From an uncultured Rhodothermales bacterium (GTDB lineage: Bacteria; Bacteroidota; Rhodothermia; Rhodothermales; Salinibacteraceae), in the NCBI GenBank assembly GCA_964345695.1, contig CAYFSC010000004.1, forward strand, positions 1 to 36,603: a stretch of 36,603 nt of DNA, in the 5' to 3' direction. A model generated the notes under the pieces. That model had not been told where the DNA came from, ran no database searches, and saw only the letters and a program-made list of their open reading frames with translations. Both the position numbers and the translations under genes were made by a program. The stretch's first letter is position 1, and each line of letters opens with the position of its first letter. Shown here piece by piece: positions 18,529 through 26,878 of the stretch.

Positions 18529-19668
18529 TCAGGCCGCCGACAGCGCCTGCGTGACGTCGGCAACAAGGTCGTCCGCCCCCTCGATTCCCACCGACACGCG
18601 GAGAAAGCGCTCCGTGATGCCGAGATCTTCTCGCGTCTCGGGGTCGACACTGGCGTGCGACGTGTAGAGCGGCTGTGAGATGAGCGTCTCGACGCCCCCC
18701 AGACTGGGCGCAATGACGGGGAGCGACAGCGCCTCCAGAAACGCATCCACGTCCGCTTCGGGGGCGAGGTCGAAGCTGAGCATCCCGCCGAATCCGTCGA
18801 ACAGGCGGTCGGCCCGCTCATGCGACGGGTGGCCCGGCAGGCCCGGGTAGCGGACCGCCGCCACGGCATCGTGCCCGGCCAGGACTTCGGCCAGCGCCTG
18901 GGCGTTGCGGTTGTGCTCGCGAACGCGCGCCGCGAGCGTTTTCAGGCTCCGGTGAAGCAAGAAGCACGCATGCGGATCGAGGGTTCCTCCTAGCAGTTTG
19001 GCCGTGCCCTGGATCGGCACAAGGTGGTCCTCGGTGCCTCCGACCACCCCGGCCACGAGATCGGAATGGCCGCCCAAATACTTCGTGGCCGAGTGCAGCA
19101 CGACGTCAAAGCCGAGTTCTGCGGGACGCACATTGACCGGCGAAGCGAAGGTGTTGTCGATCACCGAAACCAGGTCGTGTGCCTCGGCGAACGCGACCAT
19201 CGCCTCTAAGTCCCCGACGTCCATGGTTGGATTCGTGATGCTCTCGACGTAGAGCATGCGGCTTTCGGGGCGAACGGCCTGCGCCCAGGCCTCCGGCGTC
19301 TCCCCGTCCGGCAGAAAGGAATGGTTGATGTCGAAGCGAGGCGCGAGGTCGCCCAGAAAGGAGAGTGTTCCGCCGTACAGCCCCGGTTGCGCGACCACAT
19401 GGTCACCCGCCTCCAGCAGACCCAAGAGCGCACTCGAAATGGAAGCCATTCCGCTGGCGGTGACAAGCGCGGCCTCCGTTCCGAGAACCGACGTAAGCTT
19501 TTCGTGCAGCGCTTCGTGGTTGGGCGTGTTGTTGTAGCGCGCGTACCGGACGTTTTCAGGGCCGTCGAAGGCAAAGGTCGCCGATTGAAATACCGGCATC
19601 GCCACGGCTCCCTCAATGCGCGGATCGGGCTCTCCATCGTGGATGAGGCGGGTCTCGAGTGTAGACAT
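18529..19668 (-). CDS. Cys/Met-metabolism PLP-dependent enzyme (cystathionine gamma-synthase / beta-lyase / methionine gamma-lyase family)
   Basis: MSTLETRLIHDG.., PVFQSATF, SATKYLGGHSD (PLP lysine), ESLGGVETLI-like LGGVETLISQP. 379 aa. Exact activity is not assignable from the sequence alone. Confidence 0.88.
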   Translation of the reverse strand: MSTLETRLIHDGEPDPRIEGAVAMPVFQSATFAFDGPENVRYARYNNTPNHEALHEKLTSVLGTEAALVTASGMASISSALLGLLEAGDHVVAQPGLYGGTLSFLGDLAPRFDINHSFLPDGETPEAWAQAVRPESRMLYVESITNPTMDVGDLEAMVAFAEAHDLVSVIDNTFASPVNVRPAELGFDVVLHSATKYLGGHSDLVAGVVGGTEDHLVPIQGTAKLLGGTLDPHACFLLHRSLKTLAARVREHNRNAQALAEVLAGHDAVAAVRYPGLPGHPSHERADRLFDGFGGMLSFDLAPEADVDAFLEALSLPVIAPSLGGVETLISQPLYTSHASVDPETREDLGITERFLRVSVGIEGADDLVADVTQALSAA

Positions 19669-19866
19669 GCGGAACGCGGACAGTCAGAGAAGCAAGCGCA
19701 GCGACAACATAGGCACCGGCCATGAGAAATCGGAGCCCCTTTCCACGATGAACCCGTCCCCCTCGTCCGAACGGTCCCCCGAAACCGACCGTGCCGCCCT
19801 GCCGTAGCGACATCCCTCAAGGTGTCGTTCCTTCAGCGCGTTTCCTCCCACGACAGCATCGATCTT

Positions 19867-20703
19867 ATGAAAACCATTCATGCGCAGGATCTGGAGATGC
19901 CGGCCCTTGGGTTTGGCACCTACCGCCTGCGTGGCGCTGAGGCAGAAGAAGGCGTTCGTGATGCGCTGGACGCTGGATACCGCCACATCGATACGGCCCA
20001 GATGTATCGAAACGAAGCAGACATTGGCCGTGCCCTGGCCGGCTCGCCTGTCGACCGCCACGAGGTGTTTCTCACCACCAAGGTCTGGCCCGACCATTAC
20101 GCGCTGGACGACCTGCTGGGCTCGGTGGCGACCAGCCTGCGGAAGCTGCAAACCGATGTTGTGGATTTGCTGCTGCTGCACTGGCCGAAGTTCGACGTGC
20201 CTATGGCCGAAACCATCGAGGCGCTCAACGAGGTGCACGACGCAGGAAAAGCAAAGCACATCGGCGTCAGCAACTTCACAACCGAACTGATGGCGGAGGC
20301 GCAGAATCTGAGCGCAGCGCCGCTTGCCGTCAACCAGGTGGAGTACCACCCCTTTCTGCGGCAGACCCCCGTGCTGGAGGCCGTCCGAGAGGCCGACATG
20401 ACGCTCACCGCCTACAGTCCCCTCGCTCAAGGGGCCGTGTTCGAGAGCGAGACGCTCGACCGCATTGGCGCGCGGTACCGGAAGTCGCCCGGACAAGTGA
20501 GCCTCCGCTGGCTGATCCAGCAGGATGCGGTGAGCGCCATCCCGAAAGCCAGTTCGCCCGAGCACCGACGGGAAAACTTTGCGGTGTTCGATTTCAACCT
20601 CACGGAGGAGGAGATGGAGGCAATCCACGACCTCGCCCGGCCGGAAGGCCGCCAGGTTGATCCTCCATCCCTGGCTCCAGAGTGGGACGACCCGGGCTCG
20701 TAG
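19867..20703 (+). CDS. aldo/keto reductase (2,5-diketo-D-gluconate reductase-like)
   Basis: Track ORF 19822 trimmed to Met16. LGFGTYRL, GYRHIDTAQMYRNE, LHWP, IGVSNF, YSPLAQG. Confidence 0.88.
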   Translation: MKTIHAQDLEMPALGFGTYRLRGAEAEEGVRDALDAGYRHIDTAQMYRNEADIGRALAGSPVDRHEVFLTTKVWPDHYALDDLLGSVATSLRKLQTDVVDLLLLHWPKFDVPMAETIEALNEVHDAGKAKHIGVSNFTTELMAEAQNLSAAPLAVNQVEYHPFLRQTPVLEAVREADMTLTAYSPLAQGAVFESETLDRIGARYRKSPGQVSLRWLIQQDAVSAIPKASSPEHRRENFAVFDFNLTEEEMEAIHDLARPEGRQVDPPSLAPEWDDPGS

Positions 20704-20758
20704 CGTGTCCTTTGCCCCATCCCTTTCGCTATCCCCTTCCCTCAGACCAACGCCGCCC

Positions 20759-21088
20759 ATGAATGCTCGTGCCCTCCCGGCCCACCAAACCTTTGTCGTG
20801 AAGGACACCGATCGGATACGGCTCAAGGCCACGCGCACCAACGACGACACGCTCCACCTCAACTATGAAGACCCGTCGACCGGCGCCTCGGTACTGCAGG
20901 GGCGCATCGCCATCTCTGAGCAGACCTCGGAGCTGGACTTCTTCGACCCGGAGTTCTGGACCGTTGTCGTGCGGGGCGAGGTGCGGCCCACCGGAGAGCT
21001 AGACGACCTCCCAAACGAGCCAATGTCGTTTCGCGTCGAGGCCGAGGACCGCCGTCTGATGATCGAGCGAAAGACGATGACCCTCTGA
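20759..21088 (+). CDS. hypothetical protein (109 aa), no recognisable motif
   Basis: Track ORF 20579 overlaps the AKR gene, so it is trimmed to Met61 (MNARALPAHQTFVV..). G/C-rich third codon positions by eye. Confidence 0.6.
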   Translation: MNARALPAHQTFVVKDTDRIRLKATRTNDDTLHLNYEDPSTGASVLQGRIAISEQTSELDFFDPEFWTVVVRGEVRPTGELDDLPNEPMSFRVEAEDRRLMIERKTMTL

Positions 21089-21134
21089 CGCACGCCTCGC
21101 CCCCGGACCCGGCAGAGCCAGGCGCTCGGACGGG

Positions 21135-21668
21135 TTACGCCCACCCTTCCGCTTCACACAGGGCCCTGATTTGTGCGATGTGGTGCCGGCCGTGCCATTC
21201 GTACAGCTGCAGCGCCTCGTCAAGCGACACGGATCCCGCGTCCGGATGCGTCAGCGTTCGTGCAAAATCCTCCTCGCTAAGCGACGAGAGGAGATACGTC
21301 CACCGCCGGTAGAGGGCGTTCAGCAGGTCGACGGAGGGACGAACCGGCTGGCTGCACGCATCGGGGAGCGACGACCAATCATCCTGGTCGAAGGTCGCGA
21401 CGGTCGGCGCGTCCTTGGTCAGCGCGCGCCGCATCCGGACGTACCCGTGCACCTGATTGTCGGCGAGATGGTGCACAATCTGACGGATGGTCCAGCCGCC
21501 GTCCCGGTACGAGGTGTCGAGTTGTGCGGACGAAAGCGGATGGACGAGCGCGCGCAGACATGCCGGATGCTCGGCCAGGGATTGAATCCACGACTCTCGT
21601 TTCTCTGGAGTCGGTGCAGGATCGGCCTCGAACGGTCCGATGGGACGTTGGAGATTGATGTTAGCCAT
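21135..21668 (-). CDS. DinB/YfiT-like putative metal-dependent hydrolase or thiol transferase
   Basis: Track ORF trimmed to Met12 (MANINL..). His-triad pattern typical of YfiT/DinB four-helix bundles (IVHHLADNQVHGY ... YEWHGRHHIAQI). Confidence 0.8.
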   Translation of the reverse strand: MANINLQRPIGPFEADPAPTPEKRESWIQSLAEHPACLRALVHPLSSAQLDTSYRDGGWTIRQIVHHLADNQVHGYVRMRRALTKDAPTVATFDQDDWSSLPDACSQPVRPSVDLLNALYRRWTYLLSSLSEEDFARTLTHPDAGSVSLDEALQLYEWHGRHHIAQIRALCEAEGWA

Positions 21669-21847
21669 ATTCGGAAGCGCTTTCAAGCATTGAACGTACA
21701 CGTAGCATACTGTCCTTGGCTCGAAAGCTCAACCGCGTGCAGGGAGCGTCTGTAGCGCTCGGCGGCCGGAGCACACGAACAGCTGACTCCGTCGCAGTGC
21801 AGGCGGGGCTTCTCAGTTGCCCTCCTTCACCACCCTACGCGCATCCT

Positions 21848-22183
21848 ATGTGGAATACCTTCGTGGATTGGTTTATGAGTCTGGGCGCTCAGTACGGCGT
21901 CAACCCGATCATCTTCGGAAGCATCTCGGTCGGTGCCATCCCGTTCTTCTGGCTGTCGGTGGCCTGGCTGGTCCGCAACCTGCGCCGCGGACAGTCCATC
22001 TTCCTTCCGGTTTTGGCCACCTCCATGTGTGTGCTGTCGGCATACATCTATCTGTTTATTGCGGGTGAAAACCTGCCGGTGTGGGTCTACGCCCTCGTGG
22101 TGGGCCTCATCGGCTACAGTGCGTACTCGACGCTCACGACCGTGCGTCAGAAAGCGGCCGACGAGACCGAAGCGGCCGAATAG
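21848..22183 (+). CDS. hypothetical membrane protein (about 3 TM helices)
   Basis: Track ORF 21716 trimmed to Met45. MWNTFVDWFMSLGAQYGVNPIIFGSISVGAIPFFWLSVAWLV.. with an acidic C-terminal tail. Confidence 0.6.
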   Translation: MWNTFVDWFMSLGAQYGVNPIIFGSISVGAIPFFWLSVAWLVRNLRRGQSIFLPVLATSMCVLSAYIYLFIAGENLPVWVYALVVGLIGYSAYSTLTTVRQKAADETEAAE

Positions 22184-22238
22184 CTGCGCATCCCACCAGC
22201 GACGCCCTGTCGCTCCTCCACTGGTCTTTTTCCGCCTG

Positions 22239-22286
22239 GGCCTTGGTGCACCGGGGCCTTGCTGCACCGGGGTCTTGCTACACCGG
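22239..22286. repeat. 3 x 16-bp tandem repeat (GGCCTTGGTGCACCGG / GGCCTTGCTGCACCGG / GGTCTTGCTACACCGG) straddling the tenA stop codon
   Basis: Read directly and anchored on track ORF 22081 codons. One mismatch between units 1 and 2, two between units 2 and 3. The G-to-A change in unit 3 forms the TAG stop (minus strand) of tenA. Confidence 0.8.
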
Positions 22287-22997
22287 CCACTCCTGCTGCG
22301 ACCACGCCTGCTGCCAGAACATCCACTCGTAGCGGACGCTTGTGGCAAAGGCCGTGCGAGCACGCTGACGGGCGGCTTCGTCAGCCGCGTCAGCGAAGCG
22401 CTGCAGGCGGTCGAGCAGGTGGTCCATGTAGTCGTTGAACTCCGGGTCGCGATACATCTCCAGCCACTCGGCGTACGGATGGGAGTCGGGGACCTCGCCC
22501 AACGTCCGCTCCAGGCGCTGCCCGAGTTCAACGTACAGCCAGGGACACGGAGTCATGGCAGCGGTGGCCTCTACGAGGCTCCCGGTTTGCGCCTGTCGGA
22601 TCATGTGATCCTGGTAGGCCCGGTTGTTCGGCGTCAGCTCCAAGGTGCGAATGTCCTCCGGCCCGTACCCGAGTTGCTCGCCGTAACCCGCGTGCAGTTC
22701 GCCCTCCACGACCAGCGCCAAGCGGGCCGCGTCGATGAACCACAGCTTGTCGTCGGGGTCGGGGCAGCGGGTGGCGATGAGCGACGCAGCGTCGGCAAAG
22801 GCCTCCAGGTAGCGCGCGTCCTGCATTTGATAGAAGCGAAACCGATCGGCGTCGAGCGAGCCGTCGGCGAGGGCCTGCACGAACGGATGGTTGAACGCAG
22901 CTCCCCACGGGTCGCTCGCGTGATCGATGCAAGAGGCCGCGAAGGGCGGAACGGTGAACGCGCGGTCTTCGACGGACTCGGTCAGAGCTTCAGGCAT
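22278..22997 (-). CDS. tenA: TenA/thiaminase II family aminopyrimidine aminohydrolase
   Basis: Track ORF 22278..23594 trimmed to Met200 (MPEALTESV..); the upstream part overlaps the hydrolase gene in another frame. HPFVQALADGSL, FRFYQMQDARYL, active-site Cys context AAMTPCPWLYVELG, YEWMFW. Confidence 0.85.
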   Translation of the reverse strand: MPEALTESVEDRAFTVPPFAASCIDHASDPWGAAFNHPFVQALADGSLDADRFRFYQMQDARYLEAFADAASLIATRCPDPDDKLWFIDAARLALVVEGELHAGYGEQLGYGPEDIRTLELTPNNRAYQDHMIRQAQTGSLVEATAAMTPCPWLYVELGQRLERTLGEVPDSHPYAEWLEMYRDPEFNDYMDHLLDRLQRFADAADEAARQRARTAFATSVRYEWMFWQQAWSQQEWPV

Positions 22998-23133
22998 GAC
23001 AGGATTCGGGAAATCTGAAGGCGGTGTGGACGGTAGTGAGCAGGCAACGTCGCCGGGGTTCCGCTCCCCGCGATCGGAGGGCGGGCAGCAGGTGGGGACT
23101 GTCGGGCGTTCGGCGCTCCGGGCAGAGGTCCCG

Positions 23134-24015
23134 TCAGTACAGGGTGTCGGTGAAGAACCCGAGGGTCTGGTCCCACACGGTTTGCAGCGGATCGGGCACG
23201 GAACCGTCGTGCGGATGCGAGCCGCCGAAGGTATGGCCGCCCTCGGCGTCGAGCAGAAGCGCATCGTCGTTCGCCGCAGCCAGGCGCTCGGCCTCCGCCA
23301 TGTCGACCGAGGTATCGTCGCGCGCATGCACGATGAGCCAGGGCACGTCGATTGATTCTGCGGCCCGCAGCACGTCGAGCTTCTCGCGATGGGCCTTCGT
23401 GTCGTCGTACAGCACGCGGTCGAGGCGCATGACCTGACCCGTGCGGCTGTTGACGACCTCCGTGTAACCCTGCGTTTCCCAGTCTTCAATCTGTTCGTCG
23501 GTGAAGCGATCGAGGAAGGAGGCCACCGACGACCATGTGACGAGCGACTGGATGCGGGCGTCGCGCTCCGTTTGCAGGATGGCAATGCCTCCACCGCGGG
23601 AGTGGCCCATGAGGCCGATGGCGTCCGAATCGACGGAGGCTTCGGGCACCGCGTTCGCGGCGACCGCGTCGATCACCGCATCGACGTCGTCGAGCTCCCG
23701 CGTGTAGGTGTTTTGGGCGAAGGCGTCGAGGTCGGTGAACGTGGTCGGCGCGTCGGGGGTGACGCCGTTGTAGCTGAAGTTGAAGTGGACGGCGACGAAT
23801 CCGGCCTTCGCGAGGGCCCGTCCCCACGCAGGAAACGGCCCCCAGTCTTTGAATCCCTTGAAGCCGTGGCAGAACACGACCGCGGGCTTCTCGCGATCGT
23901 CCTCCACGAAGCGGACGTCGCCGTGGACGACATCCCCTCGCGCGTTCTCGACCGAAAAGGGAATTTCATGCACGGCACTTGGCGGGTTGTATGGGACGAT
24001 GATTGCGCTGCCCAC
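23134..24015 (-). CDS. alpha/beta hydrolase fold protein
   Basis: VVFCHGFKGFKDWG, nucleophile elbow GHSRGG, later D and GGH residues. GTG start. Immediately upstream of tenA on the same strand. Confidence 0.8.
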   Translation of the reverse strand: MGSAIIVPYNPPSAVHEIPFSVENARGDVVHGDVRFVEDDREKPAVVFCHGFKGFKDWGPFPAWGRALAKAGFVAVHFNFSYNGVTPDAPTTFTDLDAFAQNTYTRELDDVDAVIDAVAANAVPEASVDSDAIGLMGHSRGGGIAILQTERDARIQSLVTWSSVASFLDRFTDEQIEDWETQGYTEVVNSRTGQVMRLDRVLYDDTKAHREKLDVLRAAESIDVPWLIVHARDDTSVDMAEAERLAAANDDALLLDAEGGHTFGGSHPHDGSVPDPLQTVWDQTLGFFTDTLY

Positions 24016-24083
24016 TGCAAGGATCGAGGGGGCCCTCTTCGTAGCCTGTCTTCTTCACACTCACAAGCATCCGCGCTCCGCCC

Positions 24084-26060
24084 TCACCGCGCGGCGACGG
24101 GCTGGCGCTGTTGATAGGCCGCAGCGCCTTCTTTCAGAAACTCCGCAAAGCGATCCACCGATACCGTGCCGCTCACTTTGCGGACCACGGACGCATCCGA
24201 CGGATCCAGTATCGCGTAGGTCGGAAGCGCGGTGGTGCCCGTTTTCCGAAGCTGGTACCGTTGGTACTCCGCCCCCTGCGGCATGTCATCGGTATAGAGG
24301 CGGAGAAGCACAAAGTCCTCTTTGAACCGCTCGGCCACGGGCGGCTGCGGGAAGACGTTGGCCTCCATGTCGCGGCAGTTGGTGCAGGTATACCCGGTAA
24401 AGTCCACAAACACAGGCTTGCCTGCTTCGCGGCCTGCTTGCAGGGCAGCATCGATGTCGTCGGTGTGCCAGGCGAACTCGGCCTCCGCGTCACTGCCGCC
24501 CGTCCGGCTTTCGATGGCCGACACGAGGCTCATGTCGCTGACCTGCCGCGGCGGGAGGTAGGCGTCGAGCGTGCCGAGCGACGTCCCGAACAGTCCGGGC
24601 AGCATGTAGAGGGCCACGCCGAAAAACGCGACGGCCGTCATCAGGCGGAGGCTGCCAATCGCTTCCACCTCCGGCTCGTGCTTCAGGCGCAGTTTGCCCA
24701 GGAGGTACAGCCCGGCGAGGGCGAAGATCACCACCGTGAGGGCAATGGCCAGCGGACGCGAGAGCAGGTTGGTCCCCCAAATCAGATCGGCATTCGACAG
24801 AAACTTGAGCGCGGCAGCCAGCTCCACAAAGCCGAGCGTGACCTTCACTGCGTTCATCCACGACCCGGACTTTGGCAGTCCCTCCAGGCCTTTCGGAAAC
24901 AGTGCGAAGCCGATAAAGGGAAGCGCGAACGTCGTGCTGAACGCCACCATGCCCACGACCGGATACATCCACGACCCGCCCGCAGTGGCTGCAAGCAGCC
25001 CGCCCACGAAGGGCGCAGTGCACGAGAAGGACACGAGCGTTAGCGTGAGGCCCATGAAGAGCACACCCAGGTATCCGGACTGCTCGTTGCCCTGTTGGTT
25101 GAAGTAGTTGATGAGCCCGCTCGGCACGCGGAGCTCAAACAGCCCCAGCAGCGACAACGCGAAGAGAACGAAGATCAGTCCGATGAACAGATTCACCCAA
25201 GGATTCGCCGCGATGGTCTGCGCGCCGGCCGCCCCCAGGAGCAGCGCCATGGCTACGCCGAGGCCGGTGAACGTCCCGATGATGGCAACCCCGTACACGA
25301 GGGCCATGCGCAGCGACTCGCTCCGGCTGTCGGTGTGTTTCGTGAAGTAGGAGACCGTCAGCGGAATCATCGGAAAGACGCACGGCGTGAGGAGTGCGGC
25401 CGCCCCCGCGCCAATGGCCAGCAGCAGAAAGCCCAGCAGGCCGTCAGCTTGGGTGCCACCGAAGGCTCCCCCGGCTGCCGCTGCGCTCGCTGCCCCCTCC
25501 GACTCGCCTTGCACCACTTCCTCGTCGGTGGCGGGAGTGTCTCCGGAAACCGGTCCGTCCGCGACCTTCACCTTGGCCGTAAAGGATTCGGGCGTGGGCG
25601 GGAGGCACATGGTGGCGTTGCACACCATGTACGTCACCGTTCCCTTGAGCCGGTGGGTCCCCGCCTCGGCAGAAGATGCCACCGAGAGCGGGATCTGCAG
25701 TGCGGCAGTGCCCTCAAAGTAGGTCACCTCCTTGTCGAAGTTCGGGTCGTAGCCTCGCTTCGGATCCGCCTGCTGCACCGATCGCGCCGTTTTCAGGGCC
25801 TCGCCGGTGCTGTCGATGGAGACCTGCACGCCGCGGCTGGGTGGGGGCGAGTCCATGGCGTACATCTTCCAGCCGTCCTGGATGGCCCCGTCGAGGTGCA
25901 CCATCACGGTGCCGCCCGGGCTGACGGCCGTCGGCTGGGTGCGCGTCGTCCAGTCCACCTTCTCGGAGGCGCCGCCTATCTGGGCCTGCACTGCCGGGGC
26001 ACCGAGCAGCAGGGCACCCCAGAAGATCGTCAGTGTGACAAGCGAGCGAAGGAGTCGCAT
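24084..26060 (-). CDS. dsbD: DsbD-family thiol:disulfide interchange protein (protein-disulfide reductase)
   Basis: Signal peptide and an N-terminal periplasmic domain. Central multi-TM core with Cys motifs LLTPCVFPMIPL and SFSCTAPF. C-terminal thioredoxin fold with CxxC (FTGYTCTNCRDME). Confidence 0.88.
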   Translation of the reverse strand: MRLLRSLVTLTIFWGALLLGAPAVQAQIGGASEKVDWTTRTQPTAVSPGGTVMVHLDGAIQDGWKMYAMDSPPPSRGVQVSIDSTGEALKTARSVQQADPKRGYDPNFDKEVTYFEGTAALQIPLSVASSAEAGTHRLKGTVTYMVCNATMCLPPTPESFTAKVKVADGPVSGDTPATDEEVVQGESEGAASAAAAGGAFGGTQADGLLGFLLLAIGAGAAALLTPCVFPMIPLTVSYFTKHTDSRSESLRMALVYGVAIIGTFTGLGVAMALLLGAAGAQTIAANPWVNLFIGLIFVLFALSLLGLFELRVPSGLINYFNQQGNEQSGYLGVLFMGLTLTLVSFSCTAPFVGGLLAATAGGSWMYPVVGMVAFSTTFALPFIGFALFPKGLEGLPKSGSWMNAVKVTLGFVELAAALKFLSNADLIWGTNLLSRPLAIALTVVIFALAGLYLLGKLRLKHEPEVEAIGSLRLMTAVAFFGVALYMLPGLFGTSLGTLDAYLPPRQVSDMSLVSAIESRTGGSDAEAEFAWHTDDIDAALQAGREAGKPVFVDFTGYTCTNCRDMEANVFPQPPVAERFKEDFVLLRLYTDDMPQGAEYQRYQLRKTGTTALPTYAILDPSDASVVRKVSGTVSVDRFAEFLKEGAAAYQQRQPVAAR

Positions 26061-26309
26061 CAGCAGAGCGGTTGATTCGAAAGGCTCACGTGCAACGCTG
26101 TGAGTCGTGCGCCGGGGGCTCCGTTACGCACTGCGACGTGTACGCGTCGTCCCGGCGCGTTGTTGCCCCTTCACACGTGAAACGGAGTTGGAATGATCGA
26201 GACCGAAGCGGCTTGGATCCGTCGCGCATCGCGAGTTCCCCGACCGTTCCGTCCTCCCGGCAATCGCCCCACCCGCGGCACTTGCCGTACAAAGGGTTTT
26301 CAGTACAAA

Positions 26310-26339
26310 GGGCGACTCCGACGGAGATCGGAGTCGCCC
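26310..26339 (-). terminator. rho-independent terminator downstream of rplI
   Basis: Perfect 12-bp stem GGGCGACTCCGA / TCGGAGTCGCCC with a 6-nt loop, followed on the minus strand by TTTGTACTGAAAAC. Lies 31 bp after the rplI stop. Coordinates anchored on track ORF 26193 codons. Confidence 0.7.
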
Positions 26340-26369
26340 TGTGGTGTTGATTCGAATGACGCGTCGGCG

Positions 26370-26831
26370 TTAAAAGTCGGCCGACCCCGACTCCGGAATG
26401 ACCTGAATGCTCAGACGTGCCGTCACGTCCTTGTAAACGTCAATTTCCGCCGTGTACTGACCCACGTGGCGGATGTCCTCGTCCAGCGAGATGTCGCGAC
26501 GGTCGATGTCGAAGCCGCGATTGGAGAGCTCCACCGCAATCTGCTGGGTCGTGACCGTCCCGAAGATGCGGTTGTCCTCCCCCACCTTGGCGGTGAAGAC
26601 CACCTGCATATCTTCGAGTTCTTCCTTGATGCTGACGGCGTCGTCCTTCTTCGCCGCCTGCTTGCGCGCGGCCTGCTGTTCTTCCTCGTGGAGCTGCTTC
26701 ACTGCGCCGTCCGTCGCTACGCGGGCCATGCCCTGCGGAATCAGGTAGTTGCGCCCGTAGCCGTCGGCGATCTCGTGAATCTCGCCCTTCTCGCCGAGAT
26801 GCTCCACATCTTGTGTCAGAATAACCTTCAT
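26370..26831 (-). CDS. rplI: 50S ribosomal protein L9
   Basis: MKVILTQDVEHLGEKGEIHEIADGYGRNYLIPQGMA, the classic bL9 N-terminus. 153 aa. Confidence 0.95.
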   Translation of the reverse strand: MKVILTQDVEHLGEKGEIHEIADGYGRNYLIPQGMARVATDGAVKQLHEEEQQAARKQAAKKDDAVSIKEELEDMQVVFTAKVGEDNRIFGTVTTQQIAVELSNRGFDIDRRDISLDEDIRHVGQYTAEIDVYKDVTARLSIQVIPESGSADF

Positions 26832-26878
26832 GGTGTCGTGCGTTGGGTTCTACAATGGAGACCGAGGGTGGACGTCGA

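Noticed and set aside
19669-19866. Possible SAM riboswitch upstream of the Cys/Met PLP enzyme, in the divergent spacer with the AKR gene.
   Set aside because: By eye I could not find the SAM-I core (kink-turn, GGUGCCAAUUCC-like and AGAUGA-like elements) on the minus strand. Only a fragmentary GGTGCC is present. Not supported without an Infernal scan.
22198-22231. Weak dyad AGCGAC-GCCCT-GTCGCT, followed 12 nt later by TTTTT after the 21848..22183 gene. Also the short hairpins 14188-14204 (GTCC-GCAC-GGAC-TTTTT) and 17989-18006 (GGCGCC-CCTCGA-GGCGCC).
   Set aside because: The stems are only 4-6 bp, or the U-tract is displaced or weak. They are plausible terminators but too marginal to list as features.
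22998-23133. Possible TPP riboswitch upstream of tenA; a GGGGAGC string is present on the minus strand.
   Set aside because: The conserved CUGAGA and ACCUGAUCUGGAUAAUGCCAGCG-type elements are absent. The gap is more simply an intra-operon spacer after the hydrolase gene. A covariance-model scan would settle it.
22998-23594. N-terminal extensions of track ORFs: tenA ORF to 23594, dcd ORF to 32312, secreted hydrolase to 29873, truA from 15421, tadA from 17974, AKR from 19822, acyltransferase from 35523, and others.
   Set aside because: The extensions overlap neighbouring well-supported genes or read as Arg/Pro/Ser-rich junk. The recognisable homology begins at an internal ATG in every case, so coordinates were trimmed by codon arithmetic.
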